Assembly (NCBI GenBank): GCA_963747235.1
Contig: CAVVEU010000003.1
Location: 22,771-86,770 of the forward strand
Direction: 5' to 3'
Source of the DNA: an uncultured Candidatus Rokubacteria bacterium
GTDB taxonomy: Bacteria; Methylomirabilota; Methylomirabilia; Rokubacteriales; CSP1-6
DNA: 64,000 bases
The notes under the pieces were generated by a model. It ran no database searches, had not been told where the DNA came from, and worked only from the letters and a program-made list of their open reading frames with translations. A program made the position numbers and the translations under genes. Positions within the stretch are counted from its first letter, which is position 1. Each line of letters starts with the position of its first letter. Positions 1 through 11,207 of this stretch are shown here, in pieces.

Positions 1-579
1 CCGGTTCGGAAACGCGGGGTGATGCTCGACCTGCGGCCCGAGCCGGCGGACCAGCGCCTCGTCGAGGCGGTCGGTGAAGATCACGCAGTGCGGGTTGCCC
101 ACCGAGACCGCGGTGATCAGCAGGGTCTCGCCGGCCACCTGGAGCGGGATCTTCACCACCTCGCGCTCGGGACCGTTCATGGGGATCTCGGGCGCCACGA
201 ACGTGCAGCGGCCCATCTCGACGGTGACCAGGTTCATCCGCCCGTCCGTCACGTGGCAGCGGCACTCCACCCGCCCGCCCATGGTGTCCACCGTGAAGGT
301 GTCGCGCTTGGCGTGGCCGTGATCGTGGAGGTACTTGGCGAAGATGCGCAGGCCGTTGCCCGACTTCTCGGCCTCGCTGCCGTCCGGATTCAGGATGCGC
401 AGCCCGAAGTCCCCGCCGGCCCAGGCCGGGACGAGGAGCAGGATGCCGTCCGAGCCCACGCCCCAGTTGCGATCGCAGATGCGCATCACCTGGCCCGGCG
501 TCAGCGGCGACGGCAGATCGGCGCCGTTGATCACGATGTAGTCGTTGCCGAGCCCGTGGCCCTTCACGAAGGGGATCAT
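1..579 (-). CDS. dapF: Diaminopimelate epimerase (runs off window at its 3' end)
   Basis: Manual minus-strand translation gives MIPFVKGHGLGNDYIV...ICDRNWGVGSDGIL...ILNPDGSEAEKSGNGLR and VGNPHCV. Alternative ATGs at 588 and 591; TATGAT lies 7 nt before the ATG at 579. Confidence 0.9.
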   Translation of the reverse strand, partial: MIPFVKGHGLGNDYIVINGADLPSPLTPGQVMRICDRNWGVGSDGILLLVPAWAGGDFGLRILNPDGSEAEKSGNGLRIFAKYLHDHGHAKRDTFTVDTMGGRVECRCHVTDGRMNLVTVEMGRCTFVAPEIPMNGPEREVVKIPLQVAGETLLITAVSVGNPHCVIFTDRLDEALVRRLGPQVEHHPAFPNR

Positions 580-587
580 GCGCGGCA

Positions 588-1393
588 TCATACCTTCCGG
601 AGCGCGCGGAGCCAATCGCGCGCGCGCTCGACCGGCCGCCGCACGTCGCAGGGCAGCCGATGCCCCCACTTCTCGCGCGAAGCGCGCCAGCGCCGCCTGC
701 CGCTGGGCCAGATCCTCGCGGCGGCGCCACCGGCGCGTTCTCGCCGGTCCGCGTGCCCCCGCCCCGGTGCACGAAGGGCGCGTTCACCACCGCGCAGCGC
801 AGGCCCAGCTCCCGCACCGCGAAGGAGAGATCGCGGTCGTAGCCGTGGAAGAAGCCGTAGCCCTCGTCGAAGCCGCCGACCGCCTCCAGGACGTCGCGCG
901 CGAGGAAGAGGCAGACGCCGTCCACCACCGCCACCTCCGCCCGGGGGCTGCGGAGCGTCGGCGCGCCCTCGAGGCAGTGCACGATGGTCCGGCCCACGTA
1001 GCGGCCGTCGCGCCGGAGGCGCTGCACGCCGTAGAGGCCGGCCAGGCCGATCCGCGCGGTGGACGCCGAGCGCGCCCTGCAGGCGCTCCAGCCACCGCGG
1101 GTCGCGCAGCTCGGTGTCGTTGTGCAGGAAGCAGAGCAGCTCCCCGGTGGCGAGCTGCGCGCCCTGGTTGAGCGCGCGGATGAGCCCCACGTTCTCGTCA
1201 TTGCGAAGGTAGCGGAGCGGGAGCGCGCGCGCGAGCCGGTCGCAGGTAGTCCACGCGTCTCGTCGTCGGAGGCGTTGTCCACGACGCAGAGCTCGAACGG
1301 GCCCTGGGTGGCCTGCAGGCTTTCCACGCACGCGCGGGTGAGCGCGGGCTGGTTGTGCACCACCAGCACCACGCTCGTCGTCACGGCCGCCAC
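588..1393 (-). CDS. Glycosyltransferase family 2 (frameshifted)
   Basis: Pieces across frames: SVVLVVHNQPALTRAC...VVDNASDD, NDENVGLIRALNQG...LCFLHNDT, and a GGFDEGY-type motif. Start approximate. Confidence 0.75.
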
Positions 1394-1423
1394 GGCAGCG
1401 CCGTGGCCCGGCCCCGCGGCCGC

Positions 1424-2567
1424 CTACCGCTCGGAGAGCGGGACGTACTTCAGGTCGAGCGCGCCCGAGTAGTCGGAGCGAGGCCGGATCAGGCGGTTGT
1501 TGCCGTGCTGCTCGAGCACGTGCGCGGCCCAGCCCGCGATCCGGCTCATGGCGAAGATCGGCGTGAACTGGTCGGTGGAGATCCCCATGGCCGCGTAGGC
1601 CGCGCCCGAGTAGAGATCCACGTTGGGGAAGATGTGCTTCTCGCCGCCGACCACGCGCACCATCGTGTCGAGGATCTCGCACCTTGCTGGTGTCGCCCAC
1701 CTGCTGCCCGAGCTCGAGCGCGAGCCGCTTGAGGTGCTTCGCCCGCGGGTCCTCCACCCGGTACACGCGGTGGCCGAAGCCCATGATGCGCGCCTTGTCG
1801 GTGAGCGCCTTCCGGATCCACGCCTCCGCCTTGGCCGGGTCCTTGATCTTCTCGACCATGAGCATGACCTGCTCGTTCGCCCCGCCGTGCAGCGGGCCCT
1901 TGAGCGCGCCGATGCCGGAGACCGCGGCCGAATGCAGATCGGACAGGGTGGCGGCGGTGACGCGGGCCGCGAAGGTCGAGGCGTTGAACTCGTGATCGGC
2001 GTGGAGGATGAGCGCGGTGTCGAAGGTCTTGGCCGCGAGCGGCGTGGGCTTCTTGCCGCTCATCATGTAGAGGAAGTTGCCCGCCAGGTTGAGCTTCGGG
2101 CTCGGGGCGATCGGGGGCTTGCCGCGGCGGATGCGCTCCCAGGCCGCGACCAGCGTCGGGAGCTGGGCGGTGAGGCGCAGGGACTTTCGCAGCGTCGCCT
2201 CGCGGCTATTGTCGGCCGCGTCGGGGTCGAACGAGGAGAGCGCCGACACGCCGGTCCGGAGCACCTCCATCGGGGTCGTCTTCCTGGGGAGGAGCTTCAG
2301 CATCGCGAGGAGCTTCGGCGGGAGCTTGCGGTTCGACGTCGAGGCCAGCGCCTTCAGGTGCGTGTCGAGCTCCTTCCGCGACGGCAGCCGCCCCTGCCAC
2401 AGGAGGTAGGTGACCTCCTCGAAGGTCGAGTGGGCCACGAGGTCGTCCACGTCATAGCCCCGGTAGATGAGCCGGCCCTTGTGCCCGTCGATGAAGCAGA
2501 TCTCCGACGGAGAGACGACGACGTCCTCGAGACCAGCCTTCAGGGGATTGACCGCGGCGTCCGTCAT
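1424..2567 (-). CDS. gltA: Citrate synthase family protein (frameshift near 1680)
   Basis: GLEDVV, LHADHEFNASTF, GPLHGGANE, IMGFGHRVY; C-terminal FPNVDLYSG...RLIRPRSDY is in the 1424..1663 ORF. A 2-methylcitrate synthase cannot be excluded. Confidence 0.88.
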
Positions 2568-2664
2568 GGCTCTCTCCGGTTCTCCTTGAGGCGCAGATAG
2601 AAACGACTCCTTCTACCACACGCCCCCGGTGACTTCAAGGCGGCCTCCCCGTACACTCGGCGTC

Positions 2665-3526
2665 GTGCGCGAATCCCATCCTGCGCCCGCGGTGGACTCC
2701 GTGATGGATTTCTACGACCGTCACCCCATCAACGAGGCGCAGGTGCTGGAGTCGGCGCGCGCGGGCCGCGGCCACGGCCCGCTCCAGCCGGAAGACCTCT
2801 GGGCGTGGGATCAGGATCACTATGGCGGCCTCGGGGCCGTGGAGACGCTGGCCCGCCGCGCGGCCATCACGCCCGGCATGACCGTGCTCGACATCTGCGC
2901 GGGCCTCGGCGGCCCCGCGCGCTTCCTGGCGCATCGCTTCGGCGTTCGCGTCACCGGCGTGGACCTGACCCACTCGCGGTGCGCGGCGGGTGCCCGCCTC
3001 ACCGCCCTCGTCCGCCTGAGCCCCCTGGTGCGGCTCCTGCGGGCCGACGCGCAGGTCCTCCCCTTCCGCGCCCGCGCCTTCGACGCCGCGGTCAGCCAGG
3101 AAGGGCTCCTGCACGTGCCGGACAAGGCGGCAGTCCTCCGGGAGTGCGCGCGGGTGCTCAAGCCCGGGGCGCGCCTGGCCTTCAGCGACTGGGTCGCGCG
3201 GCCCCGGCTCGAGGACAACGAGCGGCGCCGCCTCGACGAGTGGATGGCCGCGGTCACCCTGCAGCGCGATCGAGGGCTATCGCGAGCTGCTGGCGCGGGC
3301 CGGCTTCGCGCTGGTCGAGGCCGAGGACCTCTCCGCGGAGTGGATCGGCATCCTGCGCGAGCGGCTGCGCATGTACCGGGGCATGCGCGAGCAGACCGTC
3401 GCCCGCTTCGGGCCGGCGCGCTACGACGAGTACAACCAGCTCTACGCGTTCTTCGTGGGGCTCGTGGAGGCGGGCAAGCTGGGCGGGGCGCGGTTCAGCG
3501 CAACAGCCGATCGAGCGGCTTCCTGA
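2665..3526 (+). CDS. Class I SAM-dependent methyltransferase, sarcosine/dimethylglycine- or sterol-MT-like (frameshift near 3268)
   Basis: DQDHYGG, VLDICAGLGG, ARVLKPGARLAFSDW; the shifted frame continues to TGA at 3524-3526. Confidence 0.8.
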
Positions 3527-5127
3527 GGTCCTTCGGCTCCTTGATCCGGACGTCGGTGGGCACGATCGTCAGCGCCCCGGGCCCGCCCGCCACCCGGGCC
3601 TTCACCCGGTTGCCACCCTGGGTCACGATCACGTCCATCTGCGGTGCGCCCGTCCACGAGCCCGTAGGTCCCCGCCCCGGTCAGCTTGAGCTCCCGGGCC
3701 TCGTAGACCAGGTCCTCGGTGCGGGCCACCCCGTTGGTGATCGTGTAGCTCGCGGTGATGGAGTCGAAGTTGAGCGGGGAGCCCGCGGCGGGCCGCTTCC
3801 CGCGGCGGCCGGAGTCGAGCGTGCCCGAGACCAGGTCGGTCAGGGCCAGGGCCTGGCCGAGCGCGTTCAGCAGGTCGGGGCCGATGACGCGGCCCGCGCC
3901 GATGTGGACCCGGCCCGAGCCGTTGAGCGTGGGCAGGGCCTCCAGCGGCTGCAGGGTCGCCTCGCCGGTCAGGTCCAGGGGCCCGGTCACCGCGTTGCGC
4001 TGGCAGAGGTAGTCCACCAGCACCGGCTCGAGCTGCACGCCCTTGACCGTGATGTCGCGCAGCGTGGCCACGCGCGGCGGGCCCAGCGCGACGGTCAGCC
4101 GGAAGGTGACCGTTCCCTTGGCCACCTTGGCCTGCACCGCCTGGCTCTCGAGCTGCGGCGGCGTGTAGAGCAGCGGCACCCGGACGTCCTCCAGCGTCAG
4201 CGACCGCCGCTTCGGCTCGAGACAGTGCGGCTGCTGCGCGGACACCGTGAGGCGGTCGAAGCCGACGGCGCCGGTGGCGGTCAGGCGGGCCGCGGTGCCC
4301 GATACCTGGATCCGTCCCTTGAGTGGACCGGCCACGCTGGGCGTCGGGACGAACAGGGCGGCGGCCGGGGCGACATCACGCGTCTCGATGTCCACCGTCG
4401 CCTTGATCTGCGCGTCGCCGAAGGCGCGCCCGGGCGGCGCGCTCACGGTGGCCTCCGCGATGGTCAGCTTGACGTTGCCGGGCTGGGCCTGCGCGCTCCC
4501 GGTGACGCGCAGGGACTCGCCGGCGGCGGCCTGGGTCACCGTGACGTCAATGGCGTCGAGGGTGAAGAGGGCGCTCTTCGCGCCCGCCTTCTGGTAGTCG
4601 ATGGCGCCCCGGACGATGCGCACGCGCGAGAGCAGCACCGCGCTGGCCGCGGCGACCCCGGGGCGGCTCGTGCCCACGCGCGGGGCGCCGGTCGGCGCGG
4701 GCGGCGCGCCGCCGCCCAGCGTCGCCACGTTGAGCCGCCCCGCGGCGTCCTCCACCACGTGGATGCGGGGCTCCTCCAGCGTGAGGTCGGCCAGCTCCAC
4801 CCGCCCCTGCAGCAGCGGGCGGATGCGGATGCGCATGCGGCCCTCGGTCACCGTGATGAAGGGCCCGGGCCCGAAGCTCGGGTCCTCGGCGACCTGGAGC
4901 CCGCGGAGCTTGACGGTCGGCAGCGGCAGCGCGGAGATGGAGAGCGCGTCGAACTTCACAGGCCGCCCCAGGGCGTGCGAGGCGGCCTGTGAAGCGTAGG
5001 TCTGGATCGCGGGCGTGTCGAGCAGCAGCGGCAGCGCGAGCAGGGCGCCCAGCATCAGCACCACCAGCGCGGCCAGCCCGATCAGCGTCCACTTCAGCAT
5101 CGGCCACTTCAGCATCGAGGCGGTCAT
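3495..5127 (-). CDS. AsmA family protein (frameshift near 3640)
   Basis: N-terminal TM anchor, ALGRPVKFD, LLQGRVEL, and C-terminal FDSITASYTITNGVARTEDL, typical of AsmA/AsmA_2. ATGA overlap with the qor stop. Confidence 0.8.
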
Positions 5128-6092
5128 GGAATCAGCAGGATCTTCCCCGTCGTCTTGCGGCCCTCGAGCTGGCGATGGGCCTCGGCGGCCTGCTCCAGCG
5201 GGAACTGGTGCTCCACGCGCAGATTGACCTTCTTGTCGCGGATCCATCCGAGCAGCTCGGTGGAGCGCTGCATCAGCTCTTCGCGCGAGGCGATGTGATG
5301 GTTGAGGCTCGGGCGTGTGATGAAGAGCGAGCCGCCCGCGTTCAGGCGCTGCAGATCGAGCGGCGGCACCGGGCCGCTCGCCGCGCCGAAGAGGGCCATG
5401 AGCCCGCGCGGGCGCAGGCAGTTGAGCCCCTTGTCGAAGGTGCTCGCCCCGACGCCGTCGTAGACCACGTCCACGCCGCGGCCGCCGGTGATGCGCTTCA
5501 CCTCGGGCTCGAAATCCTGCTTGGTGTAGAGGATCACGTGGTCGGCGCCGGCCGCCTTCGCCAGGGCCGCCTTCTCCTCGGTGGACACGGTGCCGATCAC
5601 GGTCGCGCCCCGCATCTTGGCCATCTGGCAGAGCAGCAGCCCCATGCCGCCCGCCGCGGCCTGCACCAGCGCGGTCTGGCCCTTCTGGAGCGGCCAGGTG
5701 GAGGTCACGAGGTAGTGCGCGGTGAGCCCCTGGAGCATCGCGGCGGCGCCGTCCTTGAACGTGAGCTCCTTCGGCAGGGCCACGAGGCGGTCGGCCGGGA
5801 CGGAGAGCATCTGGGCGTAGGAGCCGATCACGCCGGTCCACGCCACGCGGTCTCCCACCTTGACGTCGGAGACGCCCGCGCCGACCGCGGTCACGGTGCC
5901 CGCGCCCTCCATGCCCGGGGTGAGCGGCAGCGGGGCCTTGTAGGCGCCGGTGCGGAAGTACACGTCGATGTAGTTCACGCCGCAGGCTTCGAGCTTCACC
6001 TGGGCCTGGCCCGCCGCGGGCGCGGCGGCCGCCACTTCCTCCAGCTTCATGCTCTCCGGACCACCCGGAGCGTGCACGCGAATCGCCTTCAT
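5124..6092 (-). CDS. qor: NADPH:quinone oxidoreductase (zeta-crystallin/MDR family)
   Basis: GVNYIDVYFRTG, QGLTAHYL, AAAGGMG, GSLFITRPSL, TTGKILLIP. Confidence 0.92.
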   Translation of the reverse strand: MKAIRVHAPGGPESMKLEEVAAAAPAAGQAQVKLEACGVNYIDVYFRTGAYKAPLPLTPGMEGAGTVTAVGAGVSDVKVGDRVAWTGVIGSYAQMLSVPADRLVALPKELTFKDGAAAMLQGLTAHYLVTSTWPLQKGQTALVQAAAGGMGLLLCQMAKMRGATVIGTVSTEEKAALAKAAGADHVILYTKQDFEPEVKRITGGRGVDVVYDGVGASTFDKGLNCLRPRGLMALFGAASGPVPPLDLQRLNAGGSLFITRPSLNHHIASREELMQRSTELLGWIRDKKVNLRVEHQFPLEQAAEAHRQLEGRKTTGKILLIP

Positions 6093-6105
6093 GGCTCGGT
6101 CCTCC

Positions 6106-6516
6106 TCAGACCTTCAGCAAGGTGCGCAGCTCGGTCACCACGTCCTGGCGCTCCATGTAGCGCGCCAGCTCGTTCATCTGCTCGTCGAAGAAGACGATCA
6201 CGGGGATCGTGCGGTAGAGCCCCCGCTTGAGGTACTGGTCCATCACGTCCGGGTTCGCGTCGCGCAGGAAGACGCGCATCTCCACGTCGGGTGCCCCCTC
6301 CACCAGCCGGGCGACGGCGGGGAAGCCGACCAGCGCGTCGCCGCACCAGTCCTCGGTGATCACCAGGACCTTGAGCTTGCGTCCGCGGATCGCCTCGCGG
6401 TCGGCGGGGGTGATCGGGGCGTCGGCCATGCGCTGCTCGAACCGCTCCTTGTTCGTGCGCATCTGCGCCAGATATTGCGCGAAGGTCAGGCCCTGCGCGA
6501 ACCGTTCCGGGGTCAC
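6106..6516 (-). CDS. Thioredoxin-fold protein (WCGD motif, Thioredoxin_9-like)
   Basis: LVITEDWCGDA, FLRDANPDVMDQYL, TIPV. Confidence 0.8.
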   Translation of the reverse strand: MTPERFAQGLTFAQYLAQMRTNKERFEQRMADAPITPADREAIRGRKLKVLVITEDWCGDALVGFPAVARLVEGAPDVEMRVFLRDANPDVMDQYLKRGLYRTIPVIVFFDEQMNELARYMERQDVVTELRTLLKV

Positions 6517-6538
6517 CGTCGCGGGATCCTTTCCGGCT

Positions 6539-7129
6539 CTAGCGCATGGTCGAGAGATCGACCGTGAACTTCGCCACGACCTTCTCGTCGCCGTCCCGCA
6601 CCAGGAGGGTCACGGTGGCCCGCGGATCCAGGCCCTCCGCCGGAAACACGTACAGGCAGCGCGCGGTGAACTTCCCGTCCTCGCCGCGCAGCGCGGTCCG
6701 CTCGTTCTGGGTGAAGGACGCCTTGATCTCCTGCTGCCGTGCCACCAGCGCGGGCGTGTAGAAGCGGGCGAAGTCCACCTTGGACCCGCGCAGGGTCGCC
6801 CACACGACGACCTTGCCCTGCTGGTTCTTCAGCACCGAGTCCACGTCGCGTGGCTTGAGCTCCTTGTCCTGGAAGGCGGAGTTGCGCGCGGCCAGGGCCA
6901 GCCGGTGGAACGGGGTCATGACGGTGACGAGCTGGCCCTCGCCGCCAGTCACCCGCCACTCGCCGCCCCAGCTCTCCGTGGTCACGCTGCGCCGCCCGAC
7001 CCGCACGGCTTCTTCGCGGTCCGGCGGCGTGAGGGTGAACAACGCGGCGTCGAGGGGAGCGCAGCAGATCAGCGACAGGCAGGCCGCCATCACCGAGCAC
7101 CACCACCGGCATGAGCGAGCCCGCCTCAT
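6539..7129 (-). CDS. Hypothetical exported protein
   Basis: Intact ORF with genome-typical codons and a signal-peptide-like N-terminus; TACAAT 8 nt before the ATG. Confidence 0.6.
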   Translation of the reverse strand: MRRARSCRWWCSVMAACLSLICCAPLDAALFTLTPPDREEAVRVGRRSVTTESWGGEWRVTGGEGQLVTVMTPFHRLALAARNSAFQDKELKPRDVDSVLKNQQGKVVVWATLRGSKVDFARFYTPALVARQQEIKASFTQNERTALRGEDGKFTARCLYVFPAEGLDPRATVTLLVRDGDEKVVAKFTVDLSTMR

Positions 7130-7187
7130 GTGCGCGGATTGTAGCACAGCGATTGCGGCTTCCCCGGGCCGGCGGTATCGTGAATTC

Positions 7188-7742
7188 ATGCGCTGGCTCC
7201 GGCTGGTCCTGCTGGCAACTCTGGTCGGTGGCTGCGCCACCGCGTTTCCCGAGTCGGTGATGCGCACCGTGGACAGCCGGATCACCGCCGACGAGCTCGC
7301 GAATCAGCCGGCCGCCTTGAAAGGCGCCCGCGTGATCCTGGGCGGCGACATCCTGGCGGTCCAGCCCCGCCCGGGCCTCACCGAGATCGAGCTCCTGACG
7401 CGGCGGCTCCGCGGCGACGACTCCCCGGAGCGCAGCGACCGGTCTCCCGGCCGTGCGCTGCTCCACACGCCCGAGTTCCTCGATCCCGCGGTTTACGCTC
7501 CGGGCCGGCGCGTCACGGTGGTGGGCGAGGTCACCGGCGTGGAGGAGCGCAAGATCGGCGAGGTCCCGTATCGGTATCCGGTGATCACGGCGGAGCGGAT
7601 CCGCCTCTGGCCAAAGGAGGTCGTGGTGAGCCCCGGGTACTATTCATATCCCTGGCCATATCCGTGGGGATACGGCCCGTACGGTTACTATGACCCCTTC
7701 TACATCGGCCCGCGCCGGTACCATCCCGGCTGGTGGTGGTGA
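7188..7742 (+). CDS. Slp family outer-membrane lipoprotein
   Basis: Lipobox VGGC, VILGGDIL, FLDPAVYAPGRRVTVVGEV, YRYPVI, and a Tyr/Trp/Pro-rich tail. Confidence 0.88.
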   Translation: MRWLRLVLLATLVGGCATAFPESVMRTVDSRITADELANQPAALKGARVILGGDILAVQPRPGLTEIELLTRRLRGDDSPERSDRSPGRALLHTPEFLDPAVYAPGRRVTVVGEVTGVEERKIGEVPYRYPVITAERIRLWPKEVVVSPGYYSYPWPYPWGYGPYGYYDPFYIGPRRYHPGWWW

Positions 7743-7748
7743 CCCGCA

Positions 7749-9040
7749 TCAGCGGCCGATCTGAACCTCCGAGAAGCTCGCGGGGTCGAGGTACTTCGCG
7801 GCGACCCGCTGCACATCGGCCGCGGTGACGCGCCCGATCCGCTCCTTGTAGCGCTCCGGGTAGTCGAGCCCGAGGCCGTTCTCCTCCACCGCCCCCAGGA
7901 AGCGCGCCAGCTTGCCCGAGGTGTCGAGCCGCAGCGGGAAAACTCCCGATCAGGTAGGACTTGGCGAGGGACAGCTCCCGGGGCGCCACCGGCTCCCGCG
8001 CGAGCCGCGTCATCTCCTCCCGGGTGAGCCGCACCGCCTCCACCACCCCGTCGGTCCGCGTCTGCAGCGAGACGAGATACGAGGCGCCGTGGCGGGCGGG
8101 ACTGAGCGAGCTGTAGACCGAGTAGGCGAGGCCCCGCTCCTCCCGCACGCGCGTGTAGAGGCGCGAGGCGGAGCCGCCGCCGAGGACATACGTCGCCACC
8201 GCCAACGCAAAGTAGTCCGGATCATCCTGTTTGATACTCGGGCGTCCGAGCAGCACGGTGGTCTGGGTCAGGTCCCGGACGATCTTGCGCTCCTCGATGG
8301 CGGTGACGGTCGGCGCCTTCGCCACCGCCCCTACCGGAGCCGGCGGCGCGGCCCAGCCGGCCAGGCGCCGCAGCAGCTCGCGGCGGATCTCCTCCACCGT
8401 CACGTCGCCCACCGCCACGATGTTCGCCCCGTCCGGCCGGTAGTGGCGCTGGTAGAAGGCGATCACCTGCTCGCGCGTGATCCTCCCGACGGATTCGATG
8501 GTGCCGTAGACGGGCCGCCCGTACGGATGCCCCGGGAACATCATCCGGCTCAGCTCGCGGGCGGCCACGGTCTCGGGCTCCTGCTCGGACCGGCGGAGTG
8601 CCCCCTGGATGTCCGTCACCTTGCGCGTCAGCTCGTCGGGCGCGAACGCGGGCTGCAGCAGGACCTCGGCGAGGAGATCCAGCCCGAGCGCGAGGTCCTT
8701 CTTGAGCACCGACAGCGTGACGGTGGCCCCGTCGCTCCCGGCGCCGGCCTCGAGGCTGCCTCCCACGAACTCGATGGCGCGATCCAGCTCCGGGCCGGTG
8801 CGCCGCGCGGTGCCGCGCGTGAGCAGCGCGGCGGTGAGGTTGGCGACGCCGAGGGCGTCGGCCGGATCGTGACGCGGCGCCGGCGGGCACGCCCACGCGC
8901 ACCACCACGATGGGGATCGCGGGCCGCTCGGCCACCAGGAGCACCGCGCCGTTCGGCAGCGTCTCGCGGTGCGCCAGCGGGCCGGCCGCCTGCGCGGGGC
9001 CGGCGAGCAGGAGCAGCAGCACGGCCAGGATCACTCGCAT
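7749..9040 (-). CDS. M16 (pitrilysin) peptidase, non-catalytic beta-type subunit, exported (frameshifted)
   Basis: Signal peptide, ETLPNGAVLLV; HxxEH replaced by ANLTA; LGGGSASRLYTRVREERGLAYSV (R/Y motif). Confidence 0.85.
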
Positions 9041-9054
9041 GAGGGCCTCTCTCG

Positions 9055-10183
9055 TCAATCGAGCTGTTTGCGGAACTTGAGCACGGCCAGGGAGAACACG
9101 ACCGTCCCGAAGATCACCAGCGGGATGAGCGAGGGCCACAGGTACTCGAAGCCCACGCCCTTGAGGATGATGCCGCGCACGATCTTCAGGAAATAGGTGA
9201 GCGGGATGATCGCGGCCAGGTACTGCGCGCCGGCGGGCATGCCCTCGATCGGGAAGAGCAGCCCGGAGAGATAGATGGACGGCAGGAACGTGAGGAACGC
9301 GAGCTGCATGGCCTGCGGCACCGTGCGGGAGGCCGCCGAGAGCAGGATGCCCACGCCGAGCGTGCCCATCATGAAGACGAGCGAGAGCGCGTAGAGGAGC
9401 GGCAGGCTGCCCCGGATCGGCACGTCGAAGACGTAGTGGGCGACCAGGAGGGCCATGGTCATCTGGCCGAAGGCCACCAGCAGGTTGGGCACGATCTTGC
9501 CGAGCAGCAGCTCCCAGCGCCGGATGGGGCTCACGATCAGCGCCTCCAGCGTGCCCTTCTCGCGCTCGCGCACCACCGAGACCGCCATCGCGGTGATGGT
9601 GGTCTGCATGAGCAGCGCGCCGATCAGCCCCGGCACGATGAAGATCGCGGAGACGAGATCCGGGTTGTACCAGGCGCGGACCCGCACGTCCACCGGCGGC
9701 TCCGCCTGGCGCGAGAGCCGCGTGCCCTCGAGCGTCCGGGTCAGGACCTGCAGCGAGCGCTGGGCGCCGAGCGAGGTGGCCGCGTTGAGCGCGGAGGTCG
9801 CCACCAGGGGATCGGAGGCGTCCACGATCACCTGGATCGCGGCGTCCTGCCGGGTGAGGCGGCGGGCGTAGTCGGGCGGGATCACCACGCCGACCTTGGC
9901 CTCGCCCGAGTCGATGAGGCGCGTCAGCTCCTTGTGGCTGCTCACGCGCCGCCGGACGTCGAAGTACTGGCTGTTCTCCATCGCCTCCAGGAAGCGCCGG
10001 GCCTCGAGGCTGCCCGACTGCTCGAAGACCGCGGTGGGGATGTGCTTGACGTCGGTGTTGATGGCCCAGCCGAAGATGAACAGCATGCGCCACCGGCACC
10101 GCCAGGGCCAGCACGAGCGCGAGCATGTCGCGCTGGAGGTGGATGAACTCCTTCACGATGATGCCGAGGAGCCGCGAGGCCAT
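9055..10183 (-). CDS. ABC-2 type permease, YbhS/YbhR-like (frameshift near 10090)
   Basis: KEFIHLQRD, WYNPDL, SVVREREKGTLE, LSGLLFPIEGMP. Confidence 0.9.
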
Positions 10184-11207
10184 CTACCCCTCACCCTGCC
10201 CTCTCCCCGGAGGGGAGAGGGCGAGCGCGCGCAGCTGCTCGCGCAGGCGGGCCTTGCGCTGCTTGTCCACGAAGGAGACGAAGAGATCCTCGACCGAGGG
10301 CTCCACCTCCTGCACCCAGCGGACGTCGAGCCCGCGCGCCCGCAGGAATGTCGCTCGACGTCGCTGCGCGTCAGGGCGTGATCGCCCACCACCAGGCGCA
10401 GCCGCGCGCCGACCCGCTGCACCTCCTCGATCGCGTCCCAGTCGGCCAGCACGTCGGCGGCGCGGCGCAGCTCGGCGGTCTCCACCTCGATGACCGGCTG
10501 GCGGAAGGTGGTCGGTCTTGATGGACGCGGGCGAGCCCTGGGCGATGAGCTTGCCCTGGTAGATGAAGCCGAGGGTGTCGCAGAGCTCGGCCTCGTCCAT
10601 GTAGTGGGTGGTGACCAGGATCGTGGTGCCCTCGTCGGCCAGGCGGCGGATCAGGCCCCAGAAGTTCCGCCGCGAGACCGGATCCACGCCCGCGGTCGGC
10701 TCGTCGAGGAAGATGAGCCGCGGCGCGTGCACGAGGGCGCAGGCCAGGGCCAGGCGCTGGCGGTAGCCGCCCGAGAGCGTGCCCGCGAGCTGATGCTCGC
10801 GGCCGGCCAGGTCCGCGAGCTGGATCATCTGCGCGATTCGCCCGCGCGCTGGGTCGCGCGCGGGACCTGTAGACGCGGGCGTAGAACGTGAGGTTCTCGT
10901 TCACCGTCAGGTCGTCGTAGAGGGAGAACTTCTGCGACATGTAGCCGATCACCGACTTGATCCGCTCGGGCTCGGTGACCAGGTCGATGCCGAGCACGGT
11001 CCCGCCCCCTTCGTTCGGCGCGAGCAGCCCGCACAGCATCCGGAGCGTGGTGGACTTCCCCGCCCCGTTCGGCCCCAGGAATCCGTACAGCTCGCCCGCG
11101 CGCACCCGCAGATCGAGGTGGTCCACCGCGATCCGGCGGCCGAAGCGCCGCGTCAGGCCCTGGGTGACGACGGCATAGCCGCCCGGGTTGACCTCAGGCT
11201 CAGTCAA
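10184..11207 (-). CDS. ABC transporter ATP-binding protein (frameshifted)
   Basis: GPNGAGKST, LSGGYRQR, IFLDEPTAGVDP, TTHYMDEAE. Confidence 0.9.
10187..10221. repeat. CCCTCACCC-CCCTCTCCC/GGGAGAGGG palindromic repeat, copy 1
   Basis: CCCCTCACCCTGCCCTCTCCCCGGAGGGGAGAGGG. Confidence 0.82.
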
